The notes below the pieces were generated by a model that saw only the letters and a program-made list of their open reading frames with translations, did no database searches and was not told where the DNA came from. A DNA stretch of 64,000 bases, taken from NCBI RefSeq assembly GCF_006345805.1, contig NC_043001.1:43028001-43092000 (forward strand), written 5' to 3'. Position 1 is the stretch's first letter, and each line of letters begins with the position of its first letter. Both the position numbers and the translations under genes were made by a program. This stretch comes from Octopus sinensis (Eukaryota). Below, one piece after another: positions 53,791 through 64,000 of the stretch.

Positions 53791-55819
53791 GCAATTGAAA
53801 AAGCTGAATTATTTATGGGAAGACCCAATACTTTAGTCCTGATCAGTTGTTAATCCTGTAGAATTGAAATGTAGCCCATGTTAAAATGTTGCTTACATTC
53901 TGGGATGGTCCTATTAATGAACATCTTGGCCTCCTGTAACAAGGCTAAAAGAAAGCTATCTAACTAAATGGCAAAGTACCGCAACTGCTAACTCACAAAT
54001 ACATTGCTTTTTATCTGTCTCTTCTATGATAATGGCTTCTGCTCATTTGAACTTATAAAGCTGTTTATTACCAGCTGATACATTCTCATGTATTCTTCTA
54101 TTCTCATCTCCATTGTATATTATCCCCAAGCACAAACTAATCTCTTTGTTTAGTATTCTCTCTCAAAACTATCTCTCTGGAATTTCTACAGGATTCACAT
54201 TTTATCATAGGCATTTATTAACAAAAATTCGACCTGAGCATCAACTACAGCAATTTTTACTATTCAGGATGCTGTCCTTCCTTCAACTCAAAATTTTTCC
54301 ACAAAATTATAAAATTCTAAAGGTTTTGTTTTGTTTTTTTTTATCTTCCAATAATAGTAATTTACTTTTTCTTCTGTATTTTTTTACTGAGAATTCAAAC
54401 TGAATCTGAGTATTCTTTATGTGTGAGATCCCAATTAATTTTCAAATATTTTATATTTTAAATAAATTTTACTTATCTTAGATGGTCATTTTGTTTGGTG
54501 TATAGCTTCATGTAAATGATGCATGAAGGAGATGTTTCTCAACTTTTTCTTTATTATGAATAATTCATTGAAGCAGTAACATAGTGGCTTCTTAATAAGG
54601 AAAAAATTTTGGAGTATCAGAGAATTAATAATGTTTCATTGCTTATACTTTTTCCAACAATATTAGTCAAGTGAAAACAATAGAAGTGAAATGTCAGGAT
54701 CTAACCAAGAGTTGAAAGCTCATTGGGAGTTCATTTTCCTTCAAGTTATTATAAAACACATAATTTAATAAGAACAACATTGAATTTTACCTAAATAGCC
54801 AAAGCAGAAAATATATAACAAAAAAAAGTAAAATCTTTGACTTGTTACTCATATAAAGTGATTTCTGAAAAAAAGCTCATTTTCACACTTTACAGAATTT
54901 AGTTGTTTGACCTCTATATTCACCCAAGTAGCTTTACTGACTTAAGCACTCACATCAAGTATTTTAATAATGTGGATTTTTGCCTATCTCAAGGTATTAG
55001 CACATAACCAGTTATTTTTCAGTAAATAATTAATATTTCTATTTCTGAAACTATTTACAGTATAGTATATGAATTACATTGATGAAAATTATGTAAAATA
55101 TATTTTACCTTGTGGCTTTTTATTATCATTGTGTCTCCTGAAAATTGTGACAGAATTTTAGGTGAGCTCTATGGTAAAATTTTTACAGTGCCATTTACTG
55201 AAGACTACCTGGGGTTAATTTTTTCCAGTTTCTTATTTGAATGTTTCTCATTCTTCTTGCTCTTTTATATGGCAGTAGTGTATTTCATTTTGTGAATGAC
55301 ATCTTCTTGATTGAATAGTTTTAATGAGCACACATGTGGTTCCTTTTCTAGCCTAATGACTATCCTGCAGAAATTACTGCCTATTGTAAATCTTCTACCA
55401 TAAGTTCAAAACCAGCAAGTTTTAAGATTTCTTCAGGCAAAATGGTAATGTCTTGATTTAGATTTAGTTCTAGAACCAAAACTTTGGGTGAGCAAAGTAC
55501 AAACCCTCTTTCTTGCTCCAAAACTGACAAGAAATGAATGTGGGTACATCTTTCCAGATATGTTTTGTATGCTGTGTATGCATGTAATATATCATCCTCA
55601 TCTGCAACAGCAGCACCACCACCATGCTGGCATAGGTTGGACAGTTTGACAGGATCTAATAGACTGGAAGACCTTATCTTGCTCCAATGTCTATAGCCAG
55701 TTGCTCTTCCTAACACCAAACACACTGCCAAATGTTCTGTATGCATTATTTTGTAGCAGCAGCACTTTAGAGGTAGTCTTGCTCCCAGCAGGACTAAAGG
55801 ACCCTCTCAGGCTCTACAT

Positions 55820-56480
55820 TAAAAATATATTGTAAATACAATGAACAATAAAAGACAATGCAGCAGGGACAAGGTTTAACAAATACAGTATTAGCTTAAT
55901 GATTAAAAGGAAGAGAAAGAGTCTTAAGATTTTGGATTTTAGGCCTTCATCTGAAATAAGAGAAAAGTATAGGGGAGCAAGAAAGAGGAAACTAGGTGAG
56001 GAAAAGAGAAAAAACAAAATGAAAAGAGCAGTTAGGAGCCAGATGGGAATATGGGAGTGAAGATAAGAAGGGGAGGGTGGATGTGTATGTGTGAGTGTAT
56101 CTATGTTTAGAGATGTGCAAATGTGGAGAGGGGTTCTAGGAGTACATATATGTGTGTAGACAAATTCTGAAGTATAGTGATATAGGCTGATGGAGTTGTG
56201 TGGTATTAGTGTGTGTGTGTGTGTAATTGTTAAGTGTGAGTAAAGCATGGATGTGATCAGGTAGGAGCAAGTGCAAGTGTAAGGTAAAAGGGAAAGCAAG
56301 AGGGTGGGGTTTTGGATGGCAGATATGAGATGTTTAAAGGGAAGGGTGCTTTCAGTAAAAAATAAAGCGGTTAGGGGTGATGTTGAGAGAGCAGGACTGG
56401 TGACAAGGGAAGTAGTCCCAAGAAGAGGGACAACTGGTAGCATAAAAAGTAGAATTGAGCATGTCAGTTCTGCTATTACA
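55820..56480 (-). mobile_element. PLE-like 3' end or terminal repeat with heavily decayed hammerhead remnant
   Basis: Minus strand at 55956-55925 reads CAGATGAAGGCCTAAAATCCAAAATCTTAAG, a degenerate CTGATGA-A-GG..CC-GAAAC. It sits after a (CA)/(CT)-rich tail region. Confidence 0.35.
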
Positions 56481-57394
56481 ATACCTGAGTATAAATTGTG
56501 CCATAGTCAGAAGAATGATGGAGGGGCAGATGATAGGAAGATGAATTGTAGGGAAAGCTTCACTGGGAGAAAGTGGGTGTGGAGGCATAAACATATGTGA
56601 TATACTTCTAGGACCTCTTTTTTTTTTTTTCATTTTATTTTATTTATTTTTTTTTATCTGCTAGATGTGTTAACTGTGCTCTTCTCAAGCACCATAAATC
56701 ACAAATCATTTCAGTCCTTTGTCATTTCTTTCCTGAGTTGCAACATCAACATCCTGCAGTCAATCTTCACTACTTTGTCCCACGTCTTCCTGGGTCTTCA
56801 TCTTCCACAAGTTCCATCCTCATTTGGAAAATCAGCATTTCTTTATGCAGCTAACCTCATCTATCATATGTTTATACCAGCACTGTCTTCTCTGTTGCAT
56901 TCCCCATTTGATGTCTCTTATGCCCAGTTATTTCTCTATATATATTTACACTTTATTGTACATACGCACTGACATTGCATATCCAGTAAAGCTTCTATGC
57001 TTTACTGGATATGCAATGTCATTTCTTTCTAGTCTTTGCATATATATCCTCTTATTCCTAATTCACATTTAACTACCATGTAGTATCTCTCTTCATTGTC
57101 AGGCCGCATGCAATCTGCCTTTCACTCTGACAATTACCAACAGAGATAATAACCCTCTGATCTTTCTCTGACTGTTGTTAGTATTAGTTAAGGGCATGTA
57201 CAAAATACTGAAATTAAAAGATCATTCATTAGATGTGACAAATACAATTGACATATCACTTTGATATAGATGTAGTTTCCTCATTCACTGGCCTTTGGTT
57301 TGAGGAAAATTTCAGCTACAACAGAAGCAATTTTAAATGGTTGTGAATGTATTTCTGTTGAGATTTTTTATTTTCTGAGCACACTTTCCTACAG

Positions 57395-57476
57395 GATTTC
57401 TTACCTAGCAGTATTCTGCTATATCTCAATTGTTTCATTGTACCTTTTTGCCCTCACTTTAAAATATTTATGGAAA
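57395..57476 (+). CDS. Possible exon encoding a transmembrane helix (ISYLAVFCYISIVSLYLFALTLKYLWK)
   Basis: Acceptor ttttctgagcacactttcctacag|G and donor AAA|GTAACT. It ends in phase 0, compatible with the 63554 exon. Hydrophobic translations arise easily by chance in AT-rich DNA. Confidence 0.22.
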
Positions 57477-57847
57477 GTAACTATCAACATTCTTTACTTG
57501 CAAAATATTAAAACACAAAATAGTAGCCCAGTGAAAAAGGTATAAAGAAAGGTGTGTGTGATTGTTTTTATTTGAGCCTCTCCAAAAATTACTCAATTAC
57601 TGGTTGTGACATCGTTATCATTTCTGCTGGCTTTGTGCCTTTGAAGATAAGTGTAATAAGAGATACCTTACTTGAAAAACAGGTAAGTGTTAGTAACAGG
57701 AAGGGTTGCTGGCTATAAAATAATGCCTCAATAACATATTCACATAACCCATGCTTGCATGTAAAAACAGGTGTGAAAACAAGCAGACATTTTATTTAAG
57801 TAAGTGTGGTAAATATGTTTATTTTCTTACGTTTACATTTATATGTG

Positions 57848-58970
57848 TCATCATCATCATCATCATTTAACGTCCATTTTCCATGCTGGTATGGGTTGGA
57901 TGGTTCGACTGGGGTCTGGGAAGCCATGAGGCTATACCAGGCCCCAATCTGATCTGGCAGTGCTTCTACAGCTGGATTCCCTTCCTAACATCAACCACTC
58001 CGAGAGTATAGTGGGTGTTTTTTATGTGCCACTGGCACAGGGGCCAGGGAAGCTAGCATCAACCACAATTGGATGGTGCTTTTTACATGCCATTGGCCAC
58101 GTTCAGATTTTGATGTTGATGTACTTGACTCAATAGGTCTCCTCAAGCATAGCATATCACCCTACAATCCAAGGTACTTTTAAGAGGGCTAGTTATGTGA
58201 CACTGGTGTAGGTTACAGCTGTGAACTCACTTTATTTGCCAGGTCTTCTCAGTCACAGATTACCTCCAAAGGTCTTAGTCTTTTGTCATTGCCTTTGTGA
58301 AGCCCAACATTCAAAGGTCATGCTTCACCACTTCATCCCATGTCTTCCTAGGTCTCTCTCTACCCTGGATTCCTTCCACTGTTTGTGAGTGGCACTTCTT
58401 CACACAGCTCTCCTCGTCCATCCACAGTACATGACCATACCAATGTGAACGTCTCTCTTGCATGCCACAGCCGATGCTTCTTATGTCTAACATTTCTCTC
58501 AGGTCGTTTACACTCTGTCGTGTGTGCACACTGACATTACACATCCAGCAGATCATGCTAGCTTCATTTCTTTCAAGCCTACGCATGTCTTCAGCAGTCA
58601 TGGCCCATGTTTCACTGCCATGAAGCATGGCAGTTCACACACATGCATCATACAATCTACCTTTCACTCTGAGTGAGAGGCCCTTTGTCACCAGTAGGGG
58701 TAGAAGCTTTCTGAACTTTGCCCAGGCTATTCTTATTCTAACGGTAACACTCTCTGAGCATCCACCCCAACTACAGACTTGGTCACCTAGGTAATGGAAT
58801 CTATCAACTACTTCTAGTTCTTCCCCCTGGCATGTGATGGAGTTTGTTTTCTGAGCATCTGTGGTGTCTATTGCCCCTGTGCATCTGCCGCACACGAAAG
58901 CTATCTTCCTAGTTAATCTTCCTTTGATGTTGCTGCACCTCTTATGTGTCCATAGCTTACACTGGGTTAT
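57848..58970 (-). mobile_element. 5'-truncated RTE-clade LINE: ORF2 C-terminus, 3' UTR and (GAT)n tail
   Basis: Translations LEVVDRFHYLGD..RIRIAWAKFRKLLPLL..KGRLYDACV and MLHGSETWAM..RRLERNEASMICWMCNV..WYGHVLWMDEESCVKK..GRERPRKTWDEVVKHDL, followed by a UTR and the tail ...ggaaaatggacgttaaatgatgatgatg. This identifies the many (CAT)n-headed repeats in the window as RTE 3' ends. Confidence 0.92.
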
Positions 58971-59139
58971 AATTTTTTTATGTTCATGTTAGTTTTTTTA
59001 ACTTACGAAGTATTTGTTCTTAAACCTATAGTAGAACGAAAGACTTTGCTTATCTTCACTGAATTTTAAAAAAGTTTTACATATATTGTGCATATGTGGA
59101 TATCTATATATGTATGTATGTGTATATGTATGTGTGTGG

Positions 59140-59216
<77 letters not shown>

Positions 59217-59449
59217 GTATTGCATTAATCAAATCTGAAATTTAAAAAAAATTTATATAGAAAGTAATTGCATTTAGGTTTATTTTCATTTTTTTTTTTT
59301 CCTAGACCTGAATTTTATCACAAAAGGACAAGAAAGATATTCAGCACAATGTTATACAGTAGTTCTGATGTGTATTTAGTGTAAAAGAATTTATGCTAAA
59401 TAAAAAAGTGAAATAAAAAAGTGCACGTGTGTGTGTGTGTGTGTTACAT

Positions 59450-59495
<46 letters not shown>

Positions 59496-59942
59496 GTTGT
59501 TTAAAATTTTCTTCAGGTTTTTATTAACATTTTGATTCAATAGATATTTATTTTCTGAATTTAGTTTCTGAATATATCTTTTTCAATTCATATCCTTTTT
59601 AATATAATAATTTTTCGTTATCTTCATCAAGGCTTTTTTTCCCATTTTATTCCATCACATCTGCTTCTCTGCTTGGGTTAGAGAATAACTGAATAAGAAA
59701 TATCTCAAAGTTGATGAACTTATAGAAAATTTGTCTGTAACTCCTTTGTCATTCATCATATTACTAATATGTAGACATGACACACAGATAGGATTTCTTA
59801 GAAATTGTTATCTAATTCATCACAATACTTTTTACCACACATATTAACGAATTTCTTTTATTGCTCTTTAACACACACATACATATTATACACATTACAC
59901 ACACACATTACACACACGCACATGCACACACACACACACATC

Positions 59943-59995
<53 letters not shown>

Positions 59996-60185
59996 TTATA
60001 CATTTGTGTACATGTGTGTGTGTGTGTTCATATGTGTGTTGTTGTGGTGTGTGTGTGTAAGTATATATGTATGTCTGTACACGTACACATACACACTTTC
60101 AAGATTCAAAGGAGGCTGTAGGTGGATAGCAATGTGAATTTCAAAGGAAGACAATATGGTGGCTCCTGTCTTCACTCCTGTTGAT

Positions 60186-60247
<62 letters not shown>

Positions 60248-61849
60248 CGTGCATGCGTATGTGTGTGTGTGTGTAAATGGCAGATGAACAAGTGATGAAT
60301 GATCAAGGAAGAATCAAGTCAGGGGTCTCAAAATCATGCAACATGTGTCTGAAGCAACTTTCACTGAAAGGGTAATCTCATGAAGCTACATTTCATCTTG
60401 CCATCATGAATAACTGCTAGCTTAGAGTTCAAACATTATTTCAAATGATATATTAATGTGTAGTTGAGTCAATAGAATATTAGCCTATTATTTCTAAAGG
60501 TTGTCTATGTTTCACTATTTATATTTTATCCTGTTGTCATTGCTTTACGAAATCTGTTGCCAAGACACATAACTTTCACTAGGTTAGACCAATCAGAGCA
60601 ACAGAAAGAATGGATAATTGACAAATGCTTGTGAAACTGAGTCTGAATTTCCCCCCCAGTAAACCTGAAAGAGGGCTGGAGTTTGGTATTCTGCTTTGCC
60701 CTCTAGATTTAACAGCATGGAAATAATGTCTTTGAATGGTTCTTATATGACCCAACAGTTTCCAGACCATTTGAGGCTGTAGTCTTTGTTTCATATCATG
60801 TCTAATGGCATATTTTTTTTTTTTGAGAGATTAATGTGTGCATATCTTTCTAATTTGAAACTGTGAGTATACTTGAGAAATCCTTAATTTAAAACACGCT
60901 CCTAATTAGTCACTGTAATTGTTGGAAGAAATAGGTTGGTTCATATGAAAAGCAAAAGCATTTTTCTTTGGGTAGATGCCATTCATTCCTCAACCTCTAT
61001 TTTCTTGCAAATGGCATTTATGATATCCAAGAAAACAATATATAGAAAATCCCCACTTTGTTCCTGAACCAGTAATTTACTTTTTATTCATATTTATAAG
61101 ATAAATTACAATGTTTTTCTCCCTCCTTATTTTCTTGCAGCTGCTAAACTGACATGAAATTTGTGTTTTTAGTTATCGTTTGCCAAGTGTTATAAACTAG
61201 TCCATCAAGTGAGCGGGGAAAAAAAGATGACATCAATTTCTTTTCTGCAGTAGATCTTTGTGTATTATTCTAGGTAGTGACTCTCAGTATTGGATTACAG
61301 TTTCTCAGCAATGACTTCTTTTCCTCTTCCCTGGAAAGCTTGACATGCTACTTCCGTGACAATATGTATACATCACAGCATCAGGCTGTATTCAGTCACA
61401 AGATATTACAGCAGACAATGTCTCCAGTTACAATATACTGGCCTCTTCCAATGAAGTATAATTGAATACCACTGAAATAATTTATTTTTCTTGTTTTACT
61501 GTTTTTTTATCATAGAAACTGGATCCTTGGTCATATAGAGAGGTAATTCCATACTCACTGCTTTTCTTTGTGCTTTATTGGAAATTAATGGCTCCTTGCA
61601 AGTCATTGAAGAAAAATTGAATATGGCCCTTTCTAATTATTCCGGACTAGATTTCTGACCAAAACTCATATCAGTGACTAGAATTACTGTTAATGAGCAT
61701 TTTTATGTTATTGATGACTTATATCAACCAACGTTGGTTTTGTGAGGGGACCGGATGTACGTATCAAGAAATGGGATTAAATATATCTCTTCTAACCCAG
61801 GCCAACTCTAATGAGTAATAATTAATAATATTTGGATAGTCCAATGGGA

Positions 61850-63385
61850 AGGTTTGTAGTGTGTTGTAGACAACTTTACTTATAAGCAATTTGTCAGACA
61901 ATGTTATTTTGAGCATATTGTAAAATAGTGTAGGCTGTAAATGTATGGATTACTGATAATGTTGCTACACAGGCTATAAATATATGGGTAGTTGTTGCTA
62001 AGTGTATTATAATTAATGTGTACATTAACTGCAATATGTCAATGATGGTTTGTTGACAGTGCCTTAATGGCATAGTTTCTTTTACATTTAATGATCAGCA
62101 GATAACCTATCATCTGAAGGTTAATGACACAGTTTTCTTATGTTGATTTGCACTTCCTGGCAATAGAGTTGATAATATACAATCCATTACAGAGGTTGCT
62201 GTTATTGCTGTAGAAGATATGCACAGTGTGATTGTTAACATTAGTGTTGTGTTGTTTTGTGGTTGTTGACAATACCATATATGATGCACAGTGTATCATG
62301 AGTCTGTTATTTTTGGCTGTTGGTATCACTGCAGAGGGTATGTAGTGTGTCGGTGTATGGTTTTTGATATTACTGTAAGAGACATGTAGTATGTTTGTGT
62401 GATTTTGACAATACTGCAGTTGATGTTTAGAGAGTCGGTGTGTAATCGGTGACAATACTGTAGGTGATGTGTAAATCATTATTATAGATAATGTAGTATA
62501 TCAGTATGATGTTATAAATAAAGTAATATATCATTGTGTAGTTATTGACATTATTGTACATCATATGTAGTATATCAGTGTTATATTTTCCACATTACTG
62601 TCAGTGTACTAACTCTTGATATTACAGTAGATGACGTGTGGTGTGTTAAGATGTAGTTGTTGACATACTTGCAGATAATGTATTGGGTGCTGTTCTGTAG
62701 TGATTAACAATACTGTAAACAATGTTTAACATAATGTTGTGCAGTTATTAACATTATTGTAAATGATGGATAATGTGCTGTTCACAGTGCTGTAAATGGT
62801 ATGTTGTGAGTCACTGTGTGGTTGTCGACAATATGTTTAGATCATTTACAGTATGTAACTGTTGGCTTTACTACAGATGCTGAGTAGTGTGAATTTGTTG
62901 ATATCAGTATAGAGAGGATGTCATTCTGTGTCTGTTAGCATTACAGTAGATAATGTACCCTGAGTCAGCATTGCTTGTTGACAATCCTGTAAATGACATG
63001 CAGTGTATCGGTGTGTGGATATTGACATATGTGTAGAAAATATGTAACATCTCATTTTATGGTTATTGACAATATTGTAGATGATGTACAGTGAGTCATT
63101 TTGCAGTTGTTGGCAAAATTTACAAATGATATGGGGTATGTCAATGTATAGTTGCTGACATTGTAGGTGATATTTTGTTACCAATTACACACCGACTCCC
63201 TAAAACTGTAAACAGTATGTAACTTATTGTTGTGTAGTTGTTGATATTATTATAGATTATGAGTAGTGTACTGTTGTTCACAGTACTGTAAATGCAGTTT
63301 TGTAAGTCAGTGTGTGGTATAGATGACATGTAATGTTGATATCATTGAATGACTGATAACATATACTGTAGATGATGTGGTGTGT
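61850..63385. repeat. Highly degenerate 44-bp minisatellite, G/T-skewed on the + strand
   Basis: TTGAC/TTAAC cores at 62660, 62704, 62748 and at 62978, 63022, 63066, 63110 (44-bp spacing); core motif gttgttgacaatactgtagatgatg. Confidence 0.8.
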
Positions 63386-63553
63386 CAGTGCATGCTTGAG
63401 ATTTCTAACAGTGGAAATATTTAGAATTACGTACAGATAGTTTTTAAAATTTATTTATTATCAGTATATAAATTGAATTTCAGTTCTTATTTGCTGCTAA
63501 ACATTATATAAAGTAATTTTGCATTCATAATGTTACTTTTATTTTTTCAATAG

Positions 63554-63611
63554 AATTCCCAAGAGAAATCCCCTGAAAAACCTAAGCCAAAAAACAAGAA
63601 CGTTTCGGATG
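63554..63611 (+). CDS. Orphan internal exon candidate (58 nt) of an unidentified plus-strand gene
   Basis: Acceptor ttttattttttcaatag| and consensus donor ATG|GTAAGT. Two frames are open: NSQEKSPEKPKPKNKNVSD or IPKRNPLKNLSQKTRTFRM. It could also be a 5' UTR exon ending in the start ATG. Confidence 0.5.
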
Positions 63612-64000
63612 GTAAGTAATTTTATATTTGTCTAGAAAGACTTCTGATTAATCTTACAGTATTGGAGGCTGTTTCTCAAGCTTTATTTAACTCCATTGTT
63701 TAGTTATAGTCCAGAATATCATATCATTGTATGTGTTATTTATATCATGCCCCAGTCTATTTCCAGTTATAAATATGAAAATACACATGCATGTATACAG
63801 AACATTCCCTCCAAGTAAAGAGGAAATTTACCAGTATCAAACAATTTTAAGAGATTACCCCCACCCAAATTGGCTAGGGGGTTTTGATACATGGCTCAAA
63901 GAGTAAGTTTTTCATGCACTAAATGCAAGGTGGCTTCTTCCTATTCCCTCTTCAGCAAATTAAAGGTGCTCAGAGCCTTCTTTTAAAATGGAAACATCTT

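Noticed and set aside
55381-56443. 121-aa ORF with LRR-like LNLNQDITILPEEILKL and a 209-aa low-complexity ORF
   Set aside because: The first starts inside an RTE tail and has no splice support. The second is composed of (CA)/(CT)-rich PLE-like terminal sequence.

Overview
AT-rich, microsatellite-saturated animal genomic DNA. The repeat families (tRNA-derived SINEs, RTE LINE tails ending in (GAT)n, TTAA MITEs) look like Octopus or another coleoid cephalopod; this is inferred from repeat content. One gene is well supported: a minus-strand NKY-2-type neuropeptide precursor (CDS 12753-12415, 112 aa: signal peptide, KR site, EPNWIWMPSHGYVPVP...ILRY-amide). It has a probable non-coding first exon and TATA/Inr promoter about 8 kb upstream (21020-21170). 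The rest is mostly transposon debris: two SINE families, RTE and L2/CR1 LINE fragments, a Penelope-like element (PLE), mariner fragments, a Helitron helicase fragment, a Helentron-type non-autonomous element and piggyBac-like MITEs. The most unusual structures are minimal hammerhead ribozyme motifs (a near-intact one inside head-to-head PLE terminal repeats, and a decayed one on a tRNA-headed SINE), several local inverted or direct templated duplications, and two degenerate non-coding minisatellites (35 bp and 44 bp periods). A few orphan exon candidates suggest parts of other large-intron genes, but I cannot identify them. There is no prokaryotic-type system, CRISPR array, rRNA or intact tRNA.
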